A stretch of DNA of 63,938 bases, filler included, from Octopus bimaculoides (GCF_001194135.2; 5 parts of 4 records of this genome joined end to end with filler, not necessarily neighbours in it), one strand, 5' to 3'; counted from the whole stretch's first letter, positions 51,818-63,938 are shown. The notes: a model not told the origin generated them from the letters alone. Numbers and translations: made by a program.

Positions 51818-52268
51818 NNNNNNNNNNNNNNNNNNNNNNNNNNNNNNNNNNNNNNNNNNNNNNNNNNNNNNNNNNNNNNNNNNNNNNNNNNNNNNNNNNN
51901 NNNNNNNNNNNNNNNNNNNNNNNNNNNNNNNNNNNNNNNNNNNNNNNNNNNNNNNNNNNNNNNNNNNNNNNNNNNNNNNNNNNNNNNNNNNNNNNNNNNN
52001 NNNNNNNNNNNNNNNNNNNNNNNNNNNNNNNNNNNNNNNNNNNNNNNNNNNNNNNNNNNNNNNNNNNNNNNNNNNNNNNNNNNNNNNNNNNNNNNNNNNN
52101 NNNNNNNNNNNNNNNNNNNNNNNNNNNNNNNNNNNNNNNNNNNNNNNNNNNNNNNNNNNNNNNNNNNNNNNNNNNNNNNNNNNNNNNNNNNNNNNNNNNN
52201 NNNNNNNNNNNNNNNNNNNNNNNNNNNNNNNNNNNGTGTTTATATTGTTCTCCCTCATGTAAATAAAA

Positions 52269-52269
<1 letters not shown>

Positions 52270-52314
<45 letters not shown>

Positions 52315-52452
52315 TAACATTATTATTATTATTATCATTATTATCATTATTATTATTATTATCATTATTATTATTATTATTATATTAACATTATTATTAT
52401 CATTATTATTATTCTTCTTATTATTATTATTGATATTATTATTATCACTTTT

Positions 52453-52500
<48 letters not shown>
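52270..52500. repeat. (ATT)n/(ATC)n compound array
   Basis: Direct. Confidence 0.95.
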
Positions 52501-52502
<2 letters not shown>

Positions 52503-53304
52503 TCTCCTGTCATCTTCTTAATGATGATGACAATAACAGTGACAACGGCAATTACTACGATGAAGATGATGACGAAAGCTCATTTGTTGCTTTTGCTGGA
52601 TACCACAATGATGATTAGAACAGCAATAATAGTAATGACAAAATAATTATTTAGGTGAGACTTAGCTATTCATGACACCTACTTTGCAGATGCCACTAAG
52701 TGCTACTAGCATTAAACAATTTACTTAACTGACATTTTATTTTCCTTAAGGCAGCAAAAAGTGTTGTATTTTTAATTTTTCAAAGCAATTTACGTTGTCC
52801 ATTTTCATTGGTATTTTCTCATTTGTAAACGCGATAACAAAGCAAAATTATATTTTATTTCTCACAATACAACAATATTATATTTCAGTATTTGTGCCAT
52901 TTCTTTTGTCATATTTCACAACTATAATGCAGTTCAATGAGAAATATTTTATATTAGAAAGAACAATCACCTTTATGAAATATATCAGCTTTGGCAATAA
53001 ACCACAAAAGAAAGTACTAACATATTGAATTTCTATGGTACGAATTTGTCCTTTATAACTTTCTATATATTCAGCTTTCTATAAATTTACTTGCTGTCAT
53101 ACAATATGCTCTATATATACTTGGCCTTTATTGTTTTCTAAATATTCATTATCCTATATATTTACTTGCAATGAATAATTTATTAGATATGCAGTCAAAC
53201 ACTCAACATTGGTAATTTTTAATTTCATACTCTTCAGAAATAGGGCTGTACCTAATAAATTCGTAACAGTTTATTCTCATTTTAAAATGACTCGTATATA
53301 TTTA

Positions 53305-53843
53305 CGTATGTATGTCATTGTTCAGTTTTATTTCGAGATTTCTTGCCAATAGAGAAAGAACCGGTTTCTAACCTAGATCCAAGCCTCCTTCATTGGAATT
53401 TCAACATCAGCAACAGGGTATTTTATATGTATGTATGTATGTGTGTATGTATGTATGTATATATGTATGTATGTATGCATGTATGTATGTATATATGCAT
53501 GTATGTATGTATGTATGCATGGATGTATGTGTGTTTATATGAGCAGATTTGTATGTTTTGCTTTGTGTGTATTCCCATGTTTATAGTTGTATATCTGGAC
53601 ATGCTCATATATATTTAAATGATAAACGTCTGGAAGGTTTTACAGATTTTTACAGATCCAGTGATGGATTGGATCTGTAGTCTTCGATTTAGCTTTCTGA
53701 ATTCTGGTTTTGGGAATCCTAATTTCTGAAGATTAGTATTTAGGCGGTGTGTTACATATCCCAGGGCCCCAATAATTGCAGGTATAAACGTGAACTTGTA
53801 ATCTGGATTGAGTAACTGCAGGTTTCTCAAAAGTTCATCGTAT
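53305..53843 (-). mobile_element. 5'-truncated RLE-type non-LTR retrotransposon (R4/Dong-like) flanked by (TACA)n
   Basis: YDELLRNLQLLNPDYKFTFIPAIIGALGYV...KLNRRLQIQSITGSVKICKTFQTFII*; 3' UTR with an internal (CATA)n; apparent end AATAAAACTGAACAATGA plus CATACATAC; TACA repeats at the 5' junction. Confidence 0.7.
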
Positions 53844-53944
53844 GTATATATGTATATATGTATGTATGTATGTATATATGTACGTATGTATGCATGTGTG
53901 TATGTATCTATGTACAACTTTCGTTGTTGTTATTAGTATTAGTT

Positions 53945-54367
53945 GTGATCATGCCAGCGGTATTCCACGTGATATAACTTGTATATTTCGAACATTTGAT
54001 GTGAATGTTGTGCTATAAACTCCTGTATTGTTGACAGCTTTTTGTGGCCAAAAGCATTAATTCGTGTATGAAAAATGTAATCTGAGAAAACAAAACAAAA
54101 CAAAAAAAAAACGTAAAGTACCATATTGACTGCCATGCTTCGTAAAGAGCATTCAACTCTACTATAAACCGCAAACATGTAGTAACAACTGCCATCGTAG
54201 CTGAAACTGAATGATTTAAGTTGCCAACCAGCGAGGTGAGCTTCAGCATGCGATAGCAGATATCATACAGAGCTTCATTATTGATGCAGAATGTTTCATC
54301 CGTGCTTTCCACCATTTGGTATATTGATAGCACGGCATTATGTAGTTCAACTACAGTATCAGTTCAG
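53945..54367 (-). pseudogene. TUBB: Beta-tubulin pseudogene fragment (about residues 175-310)
   Basis: [82 protein letters not shown]/..QQYRSL/..QMFE versus canonical [43 protein letters not shown]...; 31/42 identical in the best block (counted by hand); several frameshifts and a (TTTTG)n insertion. Confidence 0.95.
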
Positions 54368-55445
54368 CTGCAAAAGGGAAAAGGGAATTACCGGTTCGTT
54401 TAGATTAAAAGCTTATTGACAAGCTAATTAGTTTTCTAAGCATGAACTGCACATTGGAATTCTAATATTTCTAAACTTAAATGTGAAGCCGATATACAAA
54501 TTATATTCTAACGGATATTTATCGGGACGAAATGATTAGGAAAAGCTTCGAATTAGAAAATCTTAAATATTTACGTGCTACAGAACATATGAACAAGATA
54601 ATTTTACTTTCGACAACCGCTATCAGTGCTGTCGGTAAAGTTGGAAGGAAATCGGAGTGTACTTTTAAACTGCATTTTAAATGTCGTTTTAAAATTTAAT
54701 TAAAGCCATAATTACGTTATACTAGTAATATTTCCCATTAAGTGGGATTCAGATCGTTTGATATATGGGTAAATTTAGAAGAGTAGAGTAATTTTATACC
54801 TGAGATTCCGGAGTTAAGAGGCGTAAATAAAGTATTAAATTTCTCTCGCTCTCAAGGGAAAAATGTTGTAATTAAATTCAAACTACCCGGTATACAAAAC
54901 AGCTTTTAACTTTTTTAAACAAGTAGGGCTAGAAAATAAGTGTTTATTGGTGTGACGAAAACACAAGTTTCAATAAACTGCCTCATTTACATTTGTGGGT
55001 TTTAAAAAGTAAGGTTCATTTATTTTTTTGTTCACTTCTTCAAATCATACCGCACTAAGATGTGCATATCATTGTATTTGAGATGTGCTTGTTTTAGGAC
55101 TTCATTTTGTTTATAATTACGTAGTATAGTGTAGTAATTTGTTTCACAACTAAACAAATTCCGAACAGAATTCACAAATATATCGCATACCTACAGAGTT
55201 CGCAGTTACAGAGATTCAAAAGTGTTCAAGACGCCAACTTTCACCACTAGCCAATTTATTCTAAAATTATAGCTTTCCTGGCTTTTCTATCATTTTTATC
55301 AAACTTTTACTGCAGTTAGTTACATTTCCATTTAAGTATGCCGAACTGTAAAAGTCAGCATTGAGACATACGTATAGCATTCAAAATAACCAAATTTGTT
55401 TTACCAAAATTATGGTCTTCTGTCTGCCATAAATATATTTAAGCC

Positions 55446-55600
55446 ATGCAGGCATAGCTGTATGGTACAAAAGGTTGTTTCACAAACACGATGTTCCGGT
55501 TTCAGTCGCGCAGCGCGAAGCCTTCTGCAAATGACTTCCTATGAGACTACAAGTCGACCAATGCGTTGTCAGTAGGTTTGCTGGGCGGAAATGATAGTAT
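55446..55600 (+). mobile_element. Highly degenerate SINE family A head
   Basis: CATGCAGGCATAGCTGTATGGT...GTTCCGGTTTCAGTC. Confidence 0.45.
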
Positions 55601-57122
55601 GTACACACACACATACACACACTCACACACACACGGACACGCACACATGCACGCTCACACAAACATATACATATGCGTATGTGTATATAGTTATGAGCTA
55701 CTAATAGTTTCATACATTGGGGACATTTTCTAGGCAGATTTTAACAACACACTTAGGGTCACCGAGATTAATTGGAGACTTCATGCTGTAATCATTGCGT
55801 AGACTGTTGTATAATGAGATTGAAACGCCAGATCTGAAGACAAATAGGTGTTCAATTCATTATTATTTACTAACATCAGTTAATTGGCTGCTAAAATGTA
55901 TAAACTTAAGAAATCAATCGTCTTACAGCAGTTAAGCAAAAAAGAAAGCCATTATTGTTATTTTTTCAGTAAAATAAAGAATGAAAGAAAAGGAACGGTG
56001 TAGACAAGATGTCTATAGAATAAAAGAAGGTCAACTAACTCAGCTGCTATAGATAAAAAAGAATTCTAAGTTAATTATGATAAATGGTTTATATAGTATT
56101 AGCGCCGAGAGCAGTCAGAAACTTGGTTAGCGAAAAGCAGTCATATGTACCGATACATCCCTAAACACACCAGCTCACACACACAATATATTGGACTGCC
56201 ATGTTGGCTTGGTGATAACTATTAATATCCAGTACCGCTGCCGTAGTCTCCTTTAGAGAGACTTAGAAATATTAATATCTCTATTTCTGAAAACCAGTGG
56301 ATGTATTCCACTGAAATTAGGTAAATAATCTTTCGTACAGACGGTCAGTAGCGACGCCTGCTGGGTTCGGCTGCTCTACATTGATAAGGGGCAATATCCC
56401 AAAACTAGTCTGTAGATGCCAGACCAGCAAGGGGAAGCGGCTGACCTCCTCTGTTCGAAGGTTATAATGGACACAGGTTCGGGTGTCACATAGCTAGCTA
56501 GAGGCGNNNNNNNNNNNNNNNNNNNNNNNNNNNNNNNNNNNNNNNNNNNNNNNNNNNNNNNNNNNNNNNNNNNNNNNNNNNNNNNNNNNNNNNNNNNNNN
56601 NNNNNNNNNNNNNNNNNNNNNNNNNNNNNNNNNNNNNNNNNNNNNNNNNNNNNNNNNNNNNNNNNNNNNNNNNNNNNNNNNNNNNNNNNNNNNNNNNNNN
56701 NNNNNNNNNNNNNNNNNNNNNNNNNNNNNNNNNNNNNNNNNNNNNNNNNNNNNNNNNNNNNNNNNNNNNNNNNNNNNNNNNNNNNNNNNNNNNNNNNNNN
56801 NNNNNNNNNNNNNNNNNNNNNNNNNNNNNNNNNNNNNNNNNNNNNNNNNNNNNNNNNNNNNNNNNNNNNNNNNNNNNNNNNNNNNNNNNNNNNNNNNNNN
56901 NNNNNNNNNNNNNNNNNNNNNNNNNNNNNNNNNNNNNNNNNNNNNNNNNNNNNNNNNNNNNNNNNNNNNNNNNNNNNNNNNNNNNNNNNNNNNNNNNNNN
57001 NNNNNNNNNNNNNNNNNNNNNNNNNNNNNNNNNNNNNNNNNNNNNNNNNNNNNNNNNNNNNNNNNNNNNNNNNNNNNNNNNNNNNNNNNNNNNNNNNNNN
57101 NNNNNNNNNNNNNNNNNNNNNN

Positions 57123-57178
<56 letters not shown>

Positions 57179-58088
57179 ATTACTAACTGACAGCTAGTTG
57201 GAGCAGTCTCACGTGACATTGATTCTTTTTCTATAACTCGTTCTTATGTATCAGCAATAAATGGTGAGATTCTTTAACTAATACATTGTCTAAGATTCTC
57301 AACCTGAAGATTTTTTCTTTATAGAATTTACTTCGGGAGATTTTTAATACAATGTAATCACTTTCAAATCAGTTTTGTTATACATATATATATATATTAG
57401 CCTTTCTCCATTTTTTTCTATTCATACTGTTTGTTTGTAATTGATCTCATCATTTCTTCTTTTAGTTTGTTTTTATATAATGTCTGAAGTTCTCTTTTAC
57501 TGGTTAAAACATAAACTCTGTTTGAAAGCAGTTTAGATTCTTCACCAATTTCTGTTTTGTATCTCGGAAGCGACTATTGCAATCCAAGTTAAGACATCAG
57601 TCATATTCCTATTATTATTTTTATTACTTCTTATTGTTTTAGCAATGTTCACGCCCGCAAAATGTACTAGTAAACTGATAATGATATTTGACTTCTATTC
57701 ATATAGTATGTATTATTTCCATGTATTATTCCATTTGGCTGTGTTTCATGCCAATCTATCACCATCATGAATCTCTGAGGAATTGATAATGAAAAAATGG
57801 AACTACAACTAACGTATTAAATATTTACCTTTCCTAAACTATTGAAGCGATTTTTCTTCATAATTATTTTCATCTGTTTCTTAGTGTGTTTTGTGCTGAT
57901 AAGAAATACACACACACACGCACACACATACACACACACACACACGCACGCACGCACACACACACACACACACACGTACACACACAGACGTACATACACA
58001 CATATACACACACACATACATACATCACACATACATATAAAGAGAAACGGGGAGAGAGTGATATACACACATATACGTTAATATATAT

Positions 58089-58188
58089 NNNNNNNNNNNN
58101 NNNNNNNNNNNNNNNNNNNNNNNNNNNNNNNNTTAATTAATTAANNNNNNNNNNNNNNNNNNNNNNNNNNNNNNNNNNNNNNNNNNNN
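58089..58188. other. Artificial assembly spacer N44-TTAATTAATTAA-N44
   Basis: Same 100-bp structure. Confidence 0.95.
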
Positions 58189-58256
<68 letters not shown>

Positions 58257-59299
58257 ACACACACACATGTATATAAGTAGAAATGAAATGGATATAAGAA
58301 TGAATGGATGAAGAGAGAAACAAAAACATAGATGTGTGCGTTGCGTGTGCTTGTATGTGTGTGTGTGTATATGCGTGTGTGTATGGGTGTATGTGTTTGG
58401 GTGGGTGTGGATGTATAGTGATCGATCGATAGATAGATACATAGATAGATATATGAGTATATATATATATATGTGTGTGCGTATGTGTGTATATACACAC
58501 GCACTCATATATATGAAACTAAAACGTCGATAGTTTATCTTCGCATTTACACATCTATGGAGAAAGTTATTGCTATACACAAATCTTTCGTGCTTCTAGG
58601 CGCATTCTTACAATCTTCTCTACGTCTTGTAGATCTATGTTTCCTTCTTAAACTGGTACAGATTATCATAGGCGAATTGAAACAAAATGAAAGACCAACG
58701 AAACAAAAAATACAGCGAAAAAGCAGCGAAAACCACGAAAAGTTGTTTCTCAGTATACATTTTGACTGATTGCATATCACTGCAGTTTCTTATCGCAATT
58801 ATTTCAACCAATGATAATACCTCAGAAAAAACAACTGAACTAGATACACACAGGCGCTGTCAGAAATATTTGCACTTTGAAGTTATGTTAATGCGTGGGG
58901 TTTAAAAGTAGCATGATATGGGGAAAAACTAGAGAGGGTTACAACAAACATGGTCAGTCTTACAGCAGCGCAGACAACCAGCGATGGAACTAGTGTCTGG
59001 GCTGCTTGTTTGAGCTGCTAGATGCAGTAACCATATCAGTTGGACACTCTGGTAAGGCTTTTTCCTGTATTTGATTGCGACTCTTTGACTTCTTCAGGGG
59101 TTGATAAGATTTTCTTTTGATTTTCCTTCAATCCGAACACTCACAGGGCTGGTTACTTGTTTGTTTGTGACGTCCAAGTAACCGAAATCACATGATTTCC
59201 CCTCTGAATGGGAATCCAGTCCGTTGCTGGATTCAAGGTCAGCAATTTTGAGGGGAGGGAGACACGAGTCGACCCACCAACCCCACTATTTTGACTTAT

Positions 59300-59520
59300 C
59301 TTTCATCTTTTACTTCCCTCAGTCATTCGACTGCGGCCATGCTGGGGCACCGCTTTGAAGAGTTTTTACTCGAATGAATCGACCCAAGCACTTATTTTTT
59401 AAAGCGTGGTACTTATTCTATCGGTCACTTCTGCTGGACCGCTAGGTTATGGGGACGTAAACACACCAACACCGGTTGTCAAGCGGTGGTGGGGGACAAA
59501 CACAGACGCCAAAGACACAA
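59300..59520 (-). mobile_element. SINE family A 3' half
   Basis: CAGTCATTCGACTGCGGCCATGCTGGGGCACCGC...GGGGACAAACACAGAC. Confidence 0.85.
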
Positions 59521-59685
59521 AGCCTTGTTACACTCTATATCACGCTGAACCTCCCAGAGAACTGTGTTTAGGCTACGCGAGACTGTGGAGTGCTCAGCCA
59601 CTTGCATGTTAATTTCATGAGCAGGATGTTCCGTTGATCAGATCAACTGGAACCCTCATCGTCGTAACCGACGGAAGGCCAGTTA
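59521..59685 (+). mobile_element. SINE family D 3' part
   Basis: AGCCTTGTTACACTC...GTGGAGTGCTCAGCCACTTGC...GATCAACTGGAACCCTC. Confidence 0.8.
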
Positions 59686-59807
59686 AAGTTATATATATAT
59701 ATATATATTTAATTATTTCAATAATAGGATAAAATCTTTTACAAGAATTTTATCAAGAAGCTAGCGTGAAAAAACTCATAAGGGGAAAAAACTCGGAATA
59801 AAAAATG

Positions 59808-59838
<31 letters not shown>

Positions 59839-60155
59839 NNNNNNNNNNNNNNNNNNNNNNNNNNNNNNNNNNNNNNNNNNNNNNNNNNNNNNNNNNNNNN
59901 NNNNNNNNNNNNNNNNNNNNNNNNNNNNNNNNNNNNNNNNNNNNNNNNNNNNNNNNNNNNNNNNNNNNNNNNNNNNNNNNNNNNNNNNNNNNNNNNNNNN
60001 NNNNNNNNNNNNNNNNNNNNNNNNNNNNNNNNNNNNNNNNNNNNNNNNNNNNNNNNNNNNNNNNNNNNNNNNNNNNNNNNNNNNNNNNNNNNNNNNNNNN
60101 NNNNNNNNNNNNNNNNNNNNNNNNNNNNNNNNNNNNTATACATGTATGTATATCG

Positions 60156-60498
60156 TGGCACTCCGTCGGTTACGGAACAGCCTGTTTGTGAAATTAACGT
60201 GGAAGTGGCTGAGCACTCCACAGACACGTGTACCCTTAACGTAGTTCTCGGGGAGATTCAGTGGCTGAGTGTAACAAGGCTGGCCCTTCGAAATACAGGT
60301 ACAGCAGAAACAGGATGAAAGAGTGAGAGAAAGTTGTAGTGAAAGGGTACAGCAGGGTTCGCCACCACCTTCTGCCAAGTCTCGTGGAGCTTTAGGTGTT
60401 TTCGCTCAATAAGCACTCACAACACCCGGTCTGAGAATCGAAACCGCAATCCTACGACCTCGAGTCCGCTGCCCTAGCCACTGGACTATTGCGCCTCC
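60156..60498 (-). mobile_element. SINE family D, near full length
   Basis: Head GGAGGCGCAATAGTCCAGTGGCTAGGGCAGCGGAC; homologous to 14980-15340; short deletion in the tail. Confidence 0.9.
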
Positions 60499-60523
60499 AC
60501 ACACACACTCACACGCACATATA

Positions 60524-61583
60524 CAGGAGTTGGACAAAATAATGGAAACACCTTAGAATTTCAAACAAATTTCTTAATATGGGGTAGGACCACATTTGGC
60601 AGTAATTACAGTTTGAATTCTACGAGGTATGGACTCCTACGAAATTTAAATTGTTTCCAAAGGAATTTTTGTCCATTCTTCAGCTAAAACAGTTTCCAGT
60701 TCTTGTAGTGATAATGGTGGAGGATATCGACTCTCAACTTGTTTTTCTAAAATGCACCATAAATGTTCAATAATAATGAGATCTGGGGACTGTGGTGGCC
60801 AGATAAGATGTCCACCTTCACTAGAATGTTCCTCGTGCCATTCAGTAACAACTTTAGCTGTGTGAATTGGTGCATTATCATCCTGAGAGATTGCGTTTCC
60901 CTCCGGAAACAGTCCCGAAACCATAGAATGAATTTGGTCAGATAAAATGCTTAAATAGTCTTGACTATTAATTCTGTCATGAAAGGAAACCATTGGGCTG
61001 GCGGATTTCTAAGATACAGCTCCCCACCAGATCATCACAGATCGTCCTCCATGATTAACGGTTGGAAGAAGGCAGTCTGGATCAAATGCTTCTTTTGGCT
61101 GTCTCCACCTCGGCCGGTGGTCGAAAATAAGGTATAGGATGCAGTAATTCTGGGAGTTGTACTTTTGTGATCCTTTCGAACAATTCACGTAAGAGTCCGA
61201 CGGTCTTGATCTGAAAGTTTTGGTTTTCTTCCGGAGTTTTGTTTCACTGAGTTGGTTTTTTCCCCTCTTTCTCAAAGGCTGTCATTACTTTTGAGACAGT
61301 ATTTCTTGATAAACCAAACATTTCGGCTGTTTTTGTTACGCTAGCGCCTGCCATACGAGCATCAACAATTTGGCCTCTTTGAAAGTCTTATAGATATGTC
61401 ATTTTAATAAACTTTAATTACCTTTTTCTGATGATATCTGAAAAGAAAGAGCAATTTTAGCAAAACATATTAAGCAACACATAAATAAAAAAAAACATAA
61501 AAATAAACAAGCTTTTGACGGTTTTATAGATATTTCAAAATTATGATGCTATGATGCTAGGTGTTTCCATTATTTTGTCCAAC

Positions 61584-61588
<5 letters not shown>
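60524..61588 (-). mobile_element. Tc1-like transposon with DD36E spacing (Incomer-like), both TIRs present, internally deleted
   Basis: TIRs CAGGAGTTGGACAAAATAATGGAAACACCT and AGGTGTTTCCATTATTTTGTCCAACCCCTA with TA on both flanks. ATG at 61402 (MTYL*DFQRGQIVDARMAGASVTKTA). QDDNAPIH...WPPQSPDLIIIEHLW has 36 residues between D (60877-60879) and E (60766-60768). The first-D (WSDE) region is deleted. Confidence 0.93.
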
Positions 61589-61628
<40 letters not shown>

Positions 61629-62041
61629 CACACACACACATAACAGTGAAAACTCTCGTTATTATAAAATTAGACCGAAACGGTTAATAATTTGATAACT
61701 GCGTACATTTTTCTGTATTACTTCAGCAAACAGGTTTTACAGCGATATTAAATTCTAGTGAAGACATATTGAAGATTATATTTAACATATGAAACGCAGC
61801 TAAACGTTTTCTAAATGTAAATAATATGTAAATGAAAGCGAAAACAATTCAACATAAAACTCATCAAAAATCGAAGTCGTTTAATTGATATTTGCTGGCT
61901 TCTAAGTAACTAGGAGTAAAACTAACACTTTCATTCTACATATTTTGCTATGTCAACAATTTACAAATGAGAGCTTTCATTGCATCCATTTACCTCCTCA
62001 TTTTCTATTATCTTGTGTTTTTACTCATTATTTTGTGGGTA

Positions 62042-62400
62042 TAGGGCGACGAGTTGGCAGAGACGTTAGCACGCCGGGCGAAATGCTGAGCGGTATTTCG
62101 TCTGACTTTACGTTCTGTGTTCAAATTCCGCCGAGGTCGACTTTGCCTTTCATCCTTTCCGGGTTGATAAATTAAGTACCAGTGGCGTACTGGGGGTCGA
62201 TGCAATCGACTGCCCCCCGTCTCCCAAAATTTCAGGCCNNNNNNNNNNATCGTTAGCACGGTGGGCGAAGTGCTTAACGGTATTTTGTCTGTCTTTACGT
62301 TCTGAGTTCAAATTCCGCCGAGGTCGACTTTGCGTTTTATCCTTTCCGGGTCGATTAAATAAGTACCAGTTGCGTACTGGGGTCGATGTAATCGACTGAA
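62042..62400 (+). mobile_element. Two SINE family B copies either side of a 10-N gap
   Basis: 62042-62238 and 62249-62400; similar but not identical. Confidence 0.85.
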
Positions 62401-62635
62401 TCCCTTTGTCAGTCCTTGTTTGTCTCCTCTATGTTTAGCCCCCTAGGAGAATAAAGATATAAAATTATTTTGTGGGTATTTAATGTTTTGTTTTTTAATC
62501 TTTTCTTTCTGTCTTCTTTTCATTTTATAATATTCATAAGTGTAAATCCTATCCTCGCTTTAAATTTACAGTCCTCTTCACTTTATAGTATGGATAGGGA
62601 AAGATCAGCTGATAGGGTACTGCATATTATATATA

Positions 62636-62780
62636 TGTGGCTTGCTTACCAACCACATGGCTCGAGGTTCAGTCCCACTGCGTGACACCTTGGGCAAGTG
62701 TCTTCTACTCTAGTCTCGAGCAGACCAAAGCCTTGTGAGTGGATTTGGCAGACGGAAACTGAAAAAAACTGGTCGTATAT
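62636..62780 (+). mobile_element. SINE family A head
   Basis: GCTTGCTTACCAACCACATGG...GGTTCAGTCCCACTGCG...GACGGAAACTG. Confidence 0.8.
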
Positions 62781-62800
62781 ATATATATATATATATATAT

Positions 62801-62900
62801 NNNNNNNNNNNNNNNNNNNNNNNNNNNNNNNNNNNNNNNNNNNNTTAATTAATTAANNNNNNNNNNNNNNNNNNNNNNNNNNNNNNNNNNNNNNNNNNNN
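62801..62900. other. Artificial assembly spacer N44-TTAATTAATTAA-N44
   Basis: Same 100-bp structure. Confidence 0.95.
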
Positions 62901-62998
62901 TTTTCTATATGTGATAGTGGATTTTCATCGATGAGTTCTTGAAAATTGGTTATTTTCCCTAAAACTATATATATTTTATATATATATATATATATAAG

Positions 62999-63072
62999 AG
63001 ATAATAAGAGTGAAAAAACTACAGAAGGCTTGAAATATGAAGCCTTCTGTAGTTTTTTCACTCTTATTATCT
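62999..63072. repeat. Perfect 33-bp inverted repeat with 8-nt loop
   Basis: AGATAATAAGAGTGAAAAAACTACAGAAGGCTT / GAAATATG / exact reverse complement. Confidence 0.95.
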
Positions 63073-63938
63073 TTTATACATCCAACCACGTGCTTTCACA
63101 TACCAACTTTCTCACACACACATATATATATACTGTTGCTTTTAGCCCCATATAGGTTATGAACGATAGTGGTGTCAATTAGGCCCAGAGGTTTCAGGTA
63201 ATGCTGAGTAAGTGCTATNNNNNNNNNNCAGTAAGAGCTTTAAACGGAAAACTGCTGACGCTCGTGTAATATATTTATCGTACTAACTGCAAACATTGTG
63301 TTATCTATGCAAACTGGTCTATTTAATTTCCTCATACCCTTAATAATGGTTGGTTTATGAAAAGTGTCCATACGTAGCAAAAGAGGATACCCATGCGTCT
63401 ATAATTTCCTTCAAATCCCCCTAATAGGATTAAAATTATTTCCAGTGATCCTTATTTTCCCCGTTTACAAATATATAATACATAAAGATAACATGCTTCT
63501 ATCTGCCTATATACACAACGATGTTCATGAAAAATAATCTGGATATATTCTGTAGTACATTATAGCATTCAAACACCACACAGTTAACGCACCAATAATT
63601 TATATAGGTATAAGCCTGTATGTATTTGTGCGTGTTTCTGTGTGTTTATATACCTCCCTGCGTGTTTGTGTGCGTGTGTGTGATTATATATAAGTGCATG
63701 TGTGTACGTGTGTTTCATGTTTGTTTCTGCATTCGCTAAGCAATGTTCAATGCTTGCGCGTTAATCCTTTAATCACTTACCTACTTTCACTATCACTATC
63801 ACTACTGCTACCGCCACAGCCACATAGTTACACAATAAGATCTACTTTCCCTTTGCTTCAATCGATTGTTTCAATTGCTTATATGAATGAACCAGATTTT
63901 TTTCCTCCTTCACTAAGACACCTTCTATGTATTGCAAT

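Noticed and set aside
56430-56470. HDV-like ribozyme around GACCTCCTCTGTT
   Set aside because: Lacks the conserved L3 G, the P1.1 GG, a G1-started P1 and J4/2
59151-59240. Three consecutive small hairpins
   Set aside because: Sequence resembles a decayed SINE body (GGGAATCCAGTCCGTTGC); short stems not distinctive

Overview
Eukaryotic, AT-rich, microsatellite-saturated, gap-rich non-coding DNA. The SINE repertoire and repeat load point to an octopus (cephalopod) genome, which is an inference. I found no intact protein-coding gene; nearly all ORFs in the supplied track are translations of simple repeats or N gaps. Four 100-bp spacers (N44-TTAATTAATTAA-N44) are artificial joins, so the window is five pieces whose native adjacency is unproven. 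The recognisable content is: about 25 tRNA-derived SINE copies from at least 4 families; Tc1/mariner remnants (a DD37D maT-like copy, a decayed mariner, and two copies of a DD36E Incomer-like Tc1); 3' ends of RTE-, Tx1/L1-, CR1/L2- and R4/Dong-type LINEs, two of them sitting in microsatellite targets; several Penelope-like fragments; and a decayed beta-tubulin segment. The most interesting signal is a set of minimal type-I hammerhead ribozyme motifs of the Penelope type: four with intact catalytic cores (8926, 26132, 26595, 34840) and three decayed. Their stem III sequences differ and are mostly palindromic. One is masked by a perfect antisense fold-back and one runs directly into A46. Structures were folded by eye; nothing was computed or searched.
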